Part shown: positions 9,281 to 17,684 of the stretch, piece after piece
Layout of the letters: each line of letters starts with the position of its first letter
Position numbering within the stretch: position 1 is the stretch's first letter
Origin: an uncultured Anaerolineales bacterium
GTDB lineage: Bacteria; Chloroflexota; Anaerolineae; Anaerolineales; UBA11858
Reading direction: 5' to 3'
DNA: 64,000 bases
Assembly (NCBI GenBank): GCA_964539105.1
Contig: CAZIFI010000003.1
Coordinates: 39,202 to 103,201, forward strand
Notes under the pieces: generated by a model
The model's database searches: none
What the model saw: the letters and a program-made list of their open reading frames with translations, nothing else
What the model was told of the DNA's origin: nothing
Made by a program: the position numbers and the translations under genes

Positions 9281-10666
9281 TCATTGAAAAATGGCTGTCA
9301 ACGGAGCAACCCAGTGAGACAGAATATGGGGAAAAAGTCCCGCCATAAGAAGCAAGAAGGAGCCTATGATCACGAAGACCCTCCCCGCAGATAATCTGGT
9401 TTGAGGTAAGCCGGACTCATGTCCTTCGTGGCTGAGCACGGACAACATCCGCAGCCCGCCCAGGATCAACCCCACATTTCCCAGAAAGAAAGGCCACAAG
9501 GGCCAATAGGCCCTTCCAATTAGCAAGGTCCCTAGATCCCAGTAGAGAGGAAAACCTCCCAGAAACGGCAAACCAGCCAGCGTGAAAAGCCCGCAGAACA
9601 TACCCACCGTAAGGATAGGATAGCGATTTCCCATCCCTTCCACCTCAGAATAAGACAGATCATCCCCATCCTGCCGATAAACAGCTAAAGCCATGGACCA
9701 CAACCCCAAGGATATCCCCTGCAGGACCAAGCCTCCAAAATACAAGTGCTGTCCTTCCGGGAATAAGCTGAAGATCACCAGTGAGCGTCCCAGTTCAGTG
9801 ATAACCGCAGCCCCTACCATCCGACCTAGATGAGAGACAAATATGGCAGATACACCACCCACCGCAATCATCAACAAACCAACCAATTGAACGGGTTTCA
9901 AGACGTCAAAGACATTCAACAACCAGTCCGTTTCCGTAAGGTATTTAAGGGCAAACAGCAAGACCCCGTTAAGGTAAATAATGAACACAAACGACACCAG
10001 ATAGGGGTGGTTGTCCTCGGAGATCATGGATATCCAGCTGGTAAAAGGAAAAATACCCAACAGGAAAGAAAACCCCAGCCCCATGAGCACCATGGTCCGT
10101 GATAATAAACTAATATCCACTGTGTCCACATCAACCCAGCTCAACAACCAGGCAGCAAAGAGTATGCTGATCATACCCAGCACCTGGAAAGCCATAAAAC
10201 GCAGCACCCCTTTGGAGGGCACGGATCCTGCGGGAGAGAGCAGGATAACGGATACCATCGCTAAAAACCCGAAAAAGATGGCCGCATAGTACACAGGCTC
10301 AACTGCATACCCGGTCAGAACCAGACATACGGAGACCAACCCCAGTGGATAGAGTTTCCGCGGAGCATGATGAAAAAAGCTGAATAAAAACCACAAGGCC
10401 AATAGTAGATAGATAAGGACCAGGAGAGGACGATCGGCGTTGTCCAGAAAAAATCGGCGGCCAAAGAATACCAGCTGCGGGGAAATCTCAAAGGACAAAG
10501 GCCCTAGGGTCAGAGTGCGGCCGATCGGGACCCATCGGGCTCCGAATGCCATCCCACACGAAACTGACATCGCCATCCCGCGCATCCACCTCTCATGTTC
10601 GGAGAGTAAAGCCAGTATGCCGGCGATCAGGACGGGAATCACGATCCACACCACAGGGGCACTCAT
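9281..10666 (-). CDS. Polytopic integral membrane protein, unknown function
   Basis: 461 aa with at least 12 predicted hydrophobic helices. Its start overlaps the stop of the upstream membrane ORF (ATGA), so translation is coupled. It lacks the HxWxPDAxEGPTPVSALIHAATMV antiporter motif. Confidence 0.6.
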   Translation of the reverse strand: MSAPVVWIVIPVLIAGILALLSEHERWMRGMAMSVSCGMAFGARWVPIGRTLTLGPLSFEISPQLVFFGRRFFLDNADRPLLVLIYLLLALWFLFSFFHHAPRKLYPLGLVSVCLVLTGYAVEPVYYAAIFFGFLAMVSVILLSPAGSVPSKGVLRFMAFQVLGMISILFAAWLLSWVDVDTVDISLLSRTMVLMGLGFSFLLGIFPFTSWISMISEDNHPYLVSFVFIIYLNGVLLFALKYLTETDWLLNVFDVLKPVQLVGLLMIAVGGVSAIFVSHLGRMVGAAVITELGRSLVIFSLFPEGQHLYFGGLVLQGISLGLWSMALAVYRQDGDDLSYSEVEGMGNRYPILTVGMFCGLFTLAGLPFLGGFPLYWDLGTLLIGRAYWPLWPFFLGNVGLILGGLRMLSVLSHEGHESGLPQTRLSAGRVFVIIGSFLLLMAGLFPHILSHWVAPLTAIFQ

Positions 10667-11256
10667 TCCCAGACCTCCAGGGTGGATATATTCAGGAGGT
10701 ATGCCCCCAGGAACGCCAATCCTATATGATTAACGGCGAGCAATGCCGTCATCAACACCGACGCTTCAACGGTAGCATACAAAATTTCAAACCCGGAAAG
10801 GACGGTCAATAAACCCACGATCAGCCGTGTGGGCTCCACAGCTAATCCTACCTGGATCAAGCCCAACCCAAACAGCAGCAACCCTCCCAGCACCTGCTGG
10901 CGGCTGGCACCGATAAACCACTTCAAAGCTACCGGGAGAAATGATGAGATAGACAATGCCGCCAGCACAGCTAACAAACTCCGGAAAAGCGGGGTGGGTA
11001 TTTTACGCGGCTCTCCAGTTACACGGTGTTCTGACATGTTGAGGTATGTCACCCCCAATACCGCTGCTGACATCCAACCAGCAACGACCTTTACCAGGGC
11101 AATTTCCGGAGGCCAGCTCTGCGAGATCAACAGCGTTACACCCACGTACTGTAAAGCCAATAAACTTATCATCCAGCGCCAATCATTCACCAGCAATAGG
11201 CCCAAAGAGAGAATAAATAGCAGGCTAACGGTCAGAGACGTCAAGACATCCAGCAT
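10663..11256 (-). CDS. Small integral membrane protein (about 5 TM), unknown function
   Basis: 197-aa hydrophobic ORF translationally coupled to the flanking membrane ORFs. Confidence 0.55.
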   Translation of the reverse strand: MLDVLTSLTVSLLFILSLGLLLVNDWRWMISLLALQYVGVTLLISQSWPPEIALVKVVAGWMSAAVLGVTYLNMSEHRVTGEPRKIPTPLFRSLLAVLAALSISSFLPVALKWFIGASRQQVLGGLLLFGLGLIQVGLAVEPTRLIVGLLTVLSGFEILYATVEASVLMTALLAVNHIGLAFLGAYLLNISTLEVWE

Positions 11257-11259
11257 GAT

Positions 11260-12804
11260 TTATCCACCTCCGGATGAAGTCAGGAGGGACAGCAGGAAAA
11301 ACACACCCACCAGAGCCCAGATCAATCCGGCCCTGCCTTCCAATATGTGAAAGGTTCCCATCACAATAGCGCTGAACAATCTTCCCATTTGCAGCACCCT
11401 GTTCGAAATGGATTCAGGGAGACCGGACAGCGAGTTTTTCAGTTGTGGGAACCATACTTCCGGGATCGAGATCCAGTTTATAGCCAGCAGAAAGGGGACA
11501 AAGATAATTGCGGGTAGAAGGAACCGCCATCCCTGATTCCAGAACTGCGCACTGGCCGGAGCCAATCCCTCCAGGAACGAAAACAATATATGAACGGATG
11601 CCAGAAAGATCACACTAGCCATATGCAAGACCAATTCCGGGCGTTTATAGTCGGAGCGGGGTGCATCTGAGCGCATGACATGCCGGAACCCACCGGCGAT
11701 AAACATCCCGAAACCCACTGCCCACACCACACCCCACAACCCCCGGGAAAAAAGAGCAGCACCCGGCCAGAGCGGTGTATACGGCCAGGCAAGTATGCCT
11801 AACCCAAACAAGCCAGCCGCTCCATATCTCAATATGTGATGAGAGGGCAAGAGAAACAATATATTCCCCGACAGCAACGCTGCCAGAGCCCAGCTTATAC
11901 TCACCATCTCCTGTCCATTGACAGCAGCCAGGGCGACGAACCCCAGCCACCCCGCCAACCAGGTATTTCTTCCTGCGGATAGATCCCGGGAAGTCAACCA
12001 CCACGATCCGCTAAAAATCAGTATGATCCCCAGCAGCCCATAAAACGGAGCTTTCCAGGTGTGCGGGACGCCGGAGGCTGCACCCCTGACGATGATCAGC
12101 ATGCTTACAGCGCCGGTTATGGAATGAATCAAAGTCAGTTGCCCGGCCTGAAGCCCGGCATGGTCTGTGGGAGATAATTTGGGCAGGGAAAAAAGATAGC
12201 GAATCCCGGAAGCCAGGATCAACAAACCAGCAATCCGGGGATCGATCACCTGGAAGGTAACCGGCAGGCCCTCAGCAAGGGAAAAATTGTGGGCATAGAC
12301 CACAAGGAAAGGTCCCCATAGCCGGAACGCGAACGAGAAAACAAACTGATCATGTCGTACATCAGGCGAGCGATTTCTAAAATGGAACCCGAACTGGAGC
12401 ACGTCGACCAACACCCAAGAAAAGAGCAGGGTGAGGATATTTCCAGCCAATACTCCCAACAAAGCTGCACACCCTAATCCCAGCACCCACACCAGTTCCC
12501 TGTTTAGCTCAGGAAAGATGACCGCATATGCCAGGATCAAACTCACCACAATCAGGAAAAACAACCAGGACACATGGTCGATGAGCAGCGCTGGCTGCGT
12601 GGTGAATGGACCGCGGGAAGACCAGGGTATGAGGGAGATAGCCATTGGCTGGACTGGCCGTCCTACAAACACCAGGATCCACACCACAAGCGCCCCACCC
12701 CCCAGGGCGTAGGGGGGTAGGACCAGGTCTGACCGGCGCCATGACAACACCCCGGCACTAATCACGATCAGATATAAAACTAAAAGCGCGATGAGGACAA
12801 TCAT
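11260..12804 (-). CDS. Polytopic integral membrane protein (about 14 TM), unknown function
   Basis: 514 aa, rich in W and G, hydrophobic throughout. Its start codon overlaps the folK stop (ATGA). Confidence 0.6.
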   Translation of the reverse strand: MIVLIALLVLYLIVISAGVLSWRRSDLVLPPYALGGGALVVWILVFVGRPVQPMAISLIPWSSRGPFTTQPALLIDHVSWLFFLIVVSLILAYAVIFPELNRELVWVLGLGCAALLGVLAGNILTLLFSWVLVDVLQFGFHFRNRSPDVRHDQFVFSFAFRLWGPFLVVYAHNFSLAEGLPVTFQVIDPRIAGLLILASGIRYLFSLPKLSPTDHAGLQAGQLTLIHSITGAVSMLIIVRGAASGVPHTWKAPFYGLLGIILIFSGSWWLTSRDLSAGRNTWLAGWLGFVALAAVNGQEMVSISWALAALLSGNILFLLPSHHILRYGAAGLFGLGILAWPYTPLWPGAALFSRGLWGVVWAVGFGMFIAGGFRHVMRSDAPRSDYKRPELVLHMASVIFLASVHILFSFLEGLAPASAQFWNQGWRFLLPAIIFVPFLLAINWISIPEVWFPQLKNSLSGLPESISNRVLQMGRLFSAIVMGTFHILEGRAGLIWALVGVFFLLSLLTSSGGG

Positions 12805-13304
12805 GATTCCCGTTCTACGAAAGGCTCAACCCCGTGCTGGTCGACATCCTGGAGCAAATCCGTGACCTTTTTCCCAAGTCCGGGATGCATCAGATCGGGA
12901 GCGATTTCCGCCAGGGGGATCAGCACAAAAGCCCGCTCTGCGATCCGGGGATGGGGAATTTGAAGCATTTCATCCTCATAGGTCCGACTTCCATAAAACA
13001 GGATATCTATATCGATCACCCGGGGGCCATAGCGGAACGTTTCCTCGCGTCCCATATGGTCTTCAATATCTTTCAAATACACCAGGAGTTCCGGGGGAGA
13101 AAGGGTTGTACGCCCCTGAATGACTTGATTCAGGAAGGCGGGTTGATCCTCATATCCCCAGGGCTCCGTCTCATAAATGGTAGAGGTTTTCAGCACGCGA
13201 ACCGGGGGCGGGAGATGCTGGATGGCTCGCTCGAGATACCTCCTTCTATCCCCCATATTCGACCCCAATGCAAGGTACACCTTCACAGCTTCTTTTTCGT
13301 CCAC
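12801..13304 (-). CDS. folK: 2-amino-4-hydroxy-6-hydroxymethyldihydropteridine pyrophosphokinase (HPPK)
   Basis: Motifs VYLALGSNMGDR, YETEPWGYEDQPAFLNQV and DIDILFYG are typical of FolK. Confidence 0.9.
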   Translation of the reverse strand: MDEKEAVKVYLALGSNMGDRRRYLERAIQHLPPPVRVLKTSTIYETEPWGYEDQPAFLNQVIQGRTTLSPPELLVYLKDIEDHMGREETFRYGPRVIDIDILFYGSRTYEDEMLQIPHPRIAERAFVLIPLAEIAPDLMHPGLGKKVTDLLQDVDQHGVEPFVERES

Positions 13305-13449
13305 AATATCTACCCACCTGTCCTTGATCGAAAACTTGGATTAAGGATATCATAAGGGAAGTAAATTGCCAAAATAACGCACAGGACCTACAATACACGT
13401 CCAGTACCCCAGCAGATCTGCTTCCTATAGCTGTATCCAAGGAGCGACT

Positions 13450-14775
13450 ATGGCACAGGCAAGCCTGAAATTCCCCCGGGGATTTTTATGGGGCAGCGCG
13501 ACCTCATCCCATCAGGTAGAAGGCCAGAATACCAACAACGACTGGCATACATGGCAGGAACAAGGGAATATCCTCAACGATGACCAAGCGGGACGGGCCT
13601 GCGACTGGTGGTCCGGACGCTGGAAGGACGATTTTGACCGGGCTGCTGAAGGGGGTCAATCAGCCCACCGCATGTCCATCGAGTGGAGCCGCATTCAACC
13701 CGGCCCCGGTCGTTGGGATGAAGACGCTCTGGACCATTACCGGGACATGGTGCGGGGACTGATGAACAGAAATATGACGCCGGTGGTCACCTTACACCAC
13801 TTCACCAATCCAAAATGGATCGCTGAACAAGGGGGTTGGGAAAACCCGGATACGATTCAATATTTCAAAGCGTATGTGGAAAAAGTGGTCGAAGCCCTGA
13901 ATGATTATGTCAAGCTGTGGTGTACGATCAACGAGCCCAATGTCTATGCCACGCTGGGCTACCTGAAAGGAGATTTCCCGCCCGGCAAACAGGAAATAGG
14001 GACCATGTATTCCGTGATGGAAAATCTGGTCAAGGGACATGCCGCCGCATACCACGCCATACACAGGATCCAGTTTGAAGCCCGGGCCGGATTAGCGGTA
14101 AACTACCGGGGAATGGAACCCGCCCGGAACTGGCATGCCCTGGATCATCTCATTGCCAGCCTATATTCCCGGACGTACAACGATTTTTTCCCCGCAGCGG
14201 CCAAAACAGGTCGTCTGCGGTTCCCATTTAGAATTACCAGGGTCCCGGAAGCGAAAGGTACCCAAGACTTCCTGGGCGTGAATTATTACACACAGGAACA
14301 GGTTTCATTTTCCCTACAACACGCGGATATGCTCTTCGGAGAACGGCGCTACGACCCCCACTCTCCCCTCAGCGAAACGGGGTTTATGGCCCACGAACCG
14401 GAGGGACTGATGAAGGCCTTACGCTGGGCGGATGGTTTTGATGTCCCCCTGATGATCACGGAGAACGGCGTAGAAGATTCGTCGGATCATCTCCGCCCCC
14501 GCTATATCGCGGAGCACCTCTATCAGGTGTGGCAGGGGTTGAATCATAACATCCCCATCAAAGCCTATTTTCATTGGACGCTGGTGGATAATTTCGAGTG
14601 GGAGCGGGGCTGGTCCCAACGGTTCGGATTGTGGGATCTGGATCCGGAAACACAGGTCCGGACCCGCAGGCCCAGTGCTGATTTTTACGAGAAAATCTGC
14701 CAAAACAATGCCCTGTCCTCAGAAATGGTCCGCAAGTACGCTCCACAAGCACACGACACGCTTTTTCCAGGGTAG
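13450..14775 (+). CDS. GH1 beta-glucosidase
   Basis: FLWGSATSSHQVEG N-terminal signature, the acid/base TINEP region and the nucleophile motif ITENG. Confidence 0.92.
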   Translation: MAQASLKFPRGFLWGSATSSHQVEGQNTNNDWHTWQEQGNILNDDQAGRACDWWSGRWKDDFDRAAEGGQSAHRMSIEWSRIQPGPGRWDEDALDHYRDMVRGLMNRNMTPVVTLHHFTNPKWIAEQGGWENPDTIQYFKAYVEKVVEALNDYVKLWCTINEPNVYATLGYLKGDFPPGKQEIGTMYSVMENLVKGHAAAYHAIHRIQFEARAGLAVNYRGMEPARNWHALDHLIASLYSRTYNDFFPAAAKTGRLRFPFRITRVPEAKGTQDFLGVNYYTQEQVSFSLQHADMLFGERRYDPHSPLSETGFMAHEPEGLMKALRWADGFDVPLMITENGVEDSSDHLRPRYIAEHLYQVWQGLNHNIPIKAYFHWTLVDNFEWERGWSQRFGLWDLDPETQVRTRRPSADFYEKICQNNALSSEMVRKYAPQAHDTLFPG

Positions 14776-14786
14776 AGAGGGACCGG

Positions 14787-14815
14787 TTGTCAGTTGATAA
14801 CCCATTTGGTATAAT
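14787..14815 (+). promoter_or_regulatory. Sigma-70-like promoter for tRNA-Ser (TTGTCA, 17 nt, TATAAT)
   Basis: TTGTCA at 14787-14792 and TATAAT at 14810-14815 with 17-nt spacing, about 20 nt upstream of the tRNA 5' end. Confidence 0.6.
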
Positions 14816-14835
14816 CGCGTCGCAGAAAACAACAT

Positions 14836-14922
14836 GGAGGGGTCGCATAGTTGGCCTAGTGCGCGCGCCTGGAGAGCGCGTATCCCTTCTGGGGATCGTG
14901 GGTTCGAATCCCACCCCCTCCG
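14836..14922 (+). tRNA. tRNA-Ser (anticodon GGA), class II with a long variable arm
   Basis: 7-bp acceptor stem GGAGGGG/CCCCTCC. T arm GTGGG-TTCGAAT-CCCAC. Anticodon stem CGCGC/GCGCG with loop CTGGAGA. Long variable arm ATCCC-TTCT-GGGAT. G at position 37 is atypical. Confidence 0.78.
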
Positions 14923-15027
14923 CCTCAGGATGACATCGCTCAGCTCGAGCTGGGCGATCCTCATTTTAATTGATCATATGGACCAATAAATAAAACCACA
15001 ATCCTCGTCAGAACTAGGGAGAGAGAC

Positions 15028-16134
15028 ATGCTTTTCACACCTGGAGAAATGGGATCCCTGATGCTCCATAATCGCGTGATACGCTCCGCGACCGCAGAGC
15101 GCATGGCGGATGAAGAGGGATTCCCCCGCAGCGAGCTGGGAGACATGTACCGGGAGCTTGTCCTGGGGGAAGTGGGGTTGATCATCACCGGACACATGTA
15201 CATCGATCAGCGGGGGAAATGTCATCCGGAAATGACCGGCATCTCCAGAGAGGACCATATTGCTGCCCTGAAAAAACTGACAGAACTCGTCCACGCCGAA
15301 GAAGGGCGGATCGCCGTCCAGATCAACCACGGCGGTGGTCAGTGCGCGGCAGAAACCGTTCCAACCCCTTTGGCCCCTTCGTCCCAGGTAGAGGGGGTGT
15401 TTAAGAGACAGCCCCAAGACATGACCTGTGAAGACATAGAAAACGCGATTCAGGCTTACGCACAGGCAGCCGGGCGGGCTGTAGAAGCCGGATTTGACGC
15501 CGTTCAAATCCACGCTGCCCACGGATACCTGATCAGCCAGTTTACCTCCCCGCTCAGCAATCACAGACAGGATCAATGGGGTGGTAGCACAAAAAATCGA
15601 GCCCGATTTTTACGGCGGGTTTGCCAGTCCATCCGCCAGAAAATCGGCTATGATTTTCCATTGTTCATTAAATACGGCATCGCGGATGGCAAAGAAAATG
15701 GACTCTCCCTGTCAGAAGGCGCGGATATCCTATCTCAATTTCAAAAGTGGGGGCTTGATGGCGTAGAAATCAGTGTGGGGTTCAGCGGGGAAAGCCTGAG
15801 GAGCATCCAAAAAGGGATCACAACTCCGGAGGAGGAAGGCTACTTGATGCCCCTGGTCAAGAAAGCCCGAGAGGTTACTGAGCTTCCCTTGATGGCTGTA
15901 GGCGGGTTCCGCTCCCGATCCGTCATGGAGCAAGTCCTGCTCGGGGGCTGGGCGGACTTTATATCCATGTCCAGACCGCTGATCCGGGAGCCGCAATTCC
16001 CGCGGCGGATGATGTCCGGGGATCAGGACCAATCCAAATGTATCTCTGCCAATCATTGTTGGCCGGAATCCGTCGGGGCAGGTATCGGGTGTAAATGCCC
16101 TCCCCTGCCGGAGGACAAGAGATCGGAGCCCTGA
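15028..16134 (+). CDS. NADH:flavin oxidoreductase (Old Yellow Enzyme family)
   Basis: OYE/TIM-barrel motifs (HGGGQ, HAAHGYLISQFTSPLSNHR, DQWGGS), 368 aa. Confidence 0.85.
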   Translation: MLFTPGEMGSLMLHNRVIRSATAERMADEEGFPRSELGDMYRELVLGEVGLIITGHMYIDQRGKCHPEMTGISREDHIAALKKLTELVHAEEGRIAVQINHGGGQCAAETVPTPLAPSSQVEGVFKRQPQDMTCEDIENAIQAYAQAAGRAVEAGFDAVQIHAAHGYLISQFTSPLSNHRQDQWGGSTKNRARFLRRVCQSIRQKIGYDFPLFIKYGIADGKENGLSLSEGADILSQFQKWGLDGVEISVGFSGESLRSIQKGITTPEEEGYLMPLVKKAREVTELPLMAVGGFRSRSVMEQVLLGGWADFISMSRPLIREPQFPRRMMSGDQDQSKCISANHCWPESVGAGIGCKCPPLPEDKRSEP

Positions 16135-16141
16135 GCTATAT

Positions 16142-17044
16142 TCACATCAAATCGGAAAACAGCTCCATGGGCACGGCAGCTACCCCCACAATCCCCGGGC
16201 CGGTGTGCACCCCCAGGACCGGCGTGACACGCATAATTTCTGTCCGGGCTACTTCCAGAGAATCTTCCAACCCGCTTTGCAAGCGGCGCGCCTCCTGTTC
16301 CATTTGACCGTGTAGAACAGTGACCCACAGGGGAGTTTCGCCGTACAGGGTCCGGAGGTGATCAACCATCATCCCCACAGCTCGCGGCAGCGTGCGGGCT
16401 TTATCCACGGTGGAATATTTCCCATCTGATTTGTCAACATGGATGAGGGGTTTGATATTCAAAAGGGAACTGACCAGGGACTGCACCCTTCCGATCCTGC
16501 CCCCGTGTTCCAGATACTCCAGAGTATCCAGGGTATAGATCACCTCAATTTCCTGCCGCATTTTATCCAAATGGGTCAAAATCTCATGCAGCGCCCAGCC
16601 TGCTTTAGCAGCCAGGGCCGCTGCAAAGACATGAAATCGCTGACCGCCCGACAGCGTCATGGAGTCAAAGGGAGTGACCACCGCATCCCGCAACTCCCTG
16701 GCAGCCATCTGGGCCGCTTGAAACGTCCCGCTCAACCCTGAGGAAAGGTGAATGGACAGGATCTCCTCATTATCCTCAAGCGCCTTCTGATACATTTCTT
16801 TCAGTAAGCCCGTGGAGGGTAAGGCCGTCGTGGGAATGGTTGGTTTCATTGCTTTCAGGCGCTCAAAAAGGTCATCCGGCTCCAAACTGGCCGATTCAAC
16901 CTCTTCTCCCGGAAACTGAATATACAGAGGGACTACAGACAAATCCAGGGAGCGTTCTTCTTCTGTCGTTAAATTTGCCGCGCGGTCGGTAAAGATTTGC
17001 ATCACACCTCTCCACAGATCATTAGTATTATCAGCTACCAGCAT
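16142..17044 (-). CDS. DegV family fatty-acid-binding protein
   Basis: N-terminal IFTDRAANL (DegV TDS.ADL-like) and the LSSGLSGTFQAA motif. Start set at MLVADNTNDL. The longer ORF start at 17140 is probably an upstream extension. Confidence 0.82.
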   Translation of the reverse strand: MLVADNTNDLWRGVMQIFTDRAANLTTEEERSLDLSVVPLYIQFPGEEVESASLEPDDLFERLKAMKPTIPTTALPSTGLLKEMYQKALEDNEEILSIHLSSGLSGTFQAAQMAARELRDAVVTPFDSMTLSGGQRFHVFAAALAAKAGWALHEILTHLDKMRQEIEVIYTLDTLEYLEHGGRIGRVQSLVSSLLNIKPLIHVDKSDGKYSTVDKARTLPRAVGMMVDHLRTLYGETPLWVTVLHGQMEQEARRLQSGLEDSLEVARTEIMRVTPVLGVHTGPGIVGVAAVPMELFSDLM

Positions 17045-17200
17045 CGCTACATATACTATCACGATTATGTCACAATGAACATTGTACCAGGTGTCAACCA
17101 GCTTTATTACATCTCTGTCCGGAAGCCCGAAAAAGGACATCCTGGTGGTGTATAATGAACCAGACGCAGCAAGTCAATGTTTTGCGGGGCAACACACAAT

Positions 17201-17461
17201 ATGAAACCTTCCCTCATCCTCATCATTGGGCTTCTTGTCTTCCTCCTCCTTGTTCTCTCTCTTGCCTCCCCAGATCCATTTCCCCCCTGGCAGGCAGATG
17301 CGCCGGATCAAACACCGCCTATCCCCACCCCCACCACCCAGGGGAATTCCCCTCCTTTGCACCGTCAATCCGGAGAAACCCGGGGGTTAAAAATCGGTGC
17401 AGGGGCAATCGTGCTCATCATCATTGGCGGCCTGCTGCTGCGGCAGGTGAATCAGCCTTAA
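17201..17461 (+). CDS. Small bitopic Pro/Thr-rich protein (signal/TM, PT-rich linker, C-terminal TM)
   Basis: 86 aa: an N-terminal hydrophobic helix, the low-complexity linker PPWQADAPDQTPPIPTPTT, and a C-terminal helix IGAGAIVLIIIGGLLL followed by RQ. An extended -10 (TGTATAAT, 17145-17152) lies upstream. Confidence 0.4.
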   Translation: MKPSLILIIGLLVFLLLVLSLASPDPFPPWQADAPDQTPPIPTPTTQGNSPPLHRQSGETRGLKIGAGAIVLIIIGGLLLRQVNQP

Positions 17462-17512
17462 TCTCCACCCGTTTATGACAAAAATTCTTACATCCCCGGA
17501 AAAGGCTATCCG

Positions 17513-17541
17513 TTGACATGCTTGTTCAGCTGCGGTATCAT
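17513..17541 (+). promoter_or_regulatory. Canonical sigma-70 promoter (TTGACA, 17 nt, TATCAT) driving the SRP RNA
   Basis: TTGACA at 17513-17518 and TATCAT at 17536-17541 with exactly 17-nt spacing. Confidence 0.7.
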
Positions 17542-17547
17542 GCCACC

Positions 17548-17650
17548 TAGCTTCGGGTGGGTCCGACGCGGCAGAGACCTATGAACCGTGTCAGGTCCGA
17601 GAGGAAGCAGCACTAAGTGGGATCCTCTGGGTGCCGTCGGTAAGCCTGCC
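17548..17650 (+). ncRNA. ffs: Signal recognition particle RNA (small 4.5S-type SRP RNA)
   Basis: Contains the near-universal domain IV motif GUCAGGUCCGAGAGGAAGCAGCA, matching the E. coli 4.5S GUCAGGUCCGGAAGGAAGCAGC. It lies directly downstream of a consensus promoter. The ends are approximate. Confidence 0.8.
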
Positions 17651-17684
17651 CGAGGCTGTTTCCCTTTGGTTCCCCGTACTTCCT

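Noticed and set aside
9281-12804. Complex-I/Mrp antiporter-like (NuoL/M/N) identity for the membrane trio
   Set aside because: The characteristic HxWxPDAxEGPTPVSALIHAATMV motif and the conserved charged TM residues are not recognisable. Only a weak VSAIF..MVGA resemblance was seen, so no call is made.
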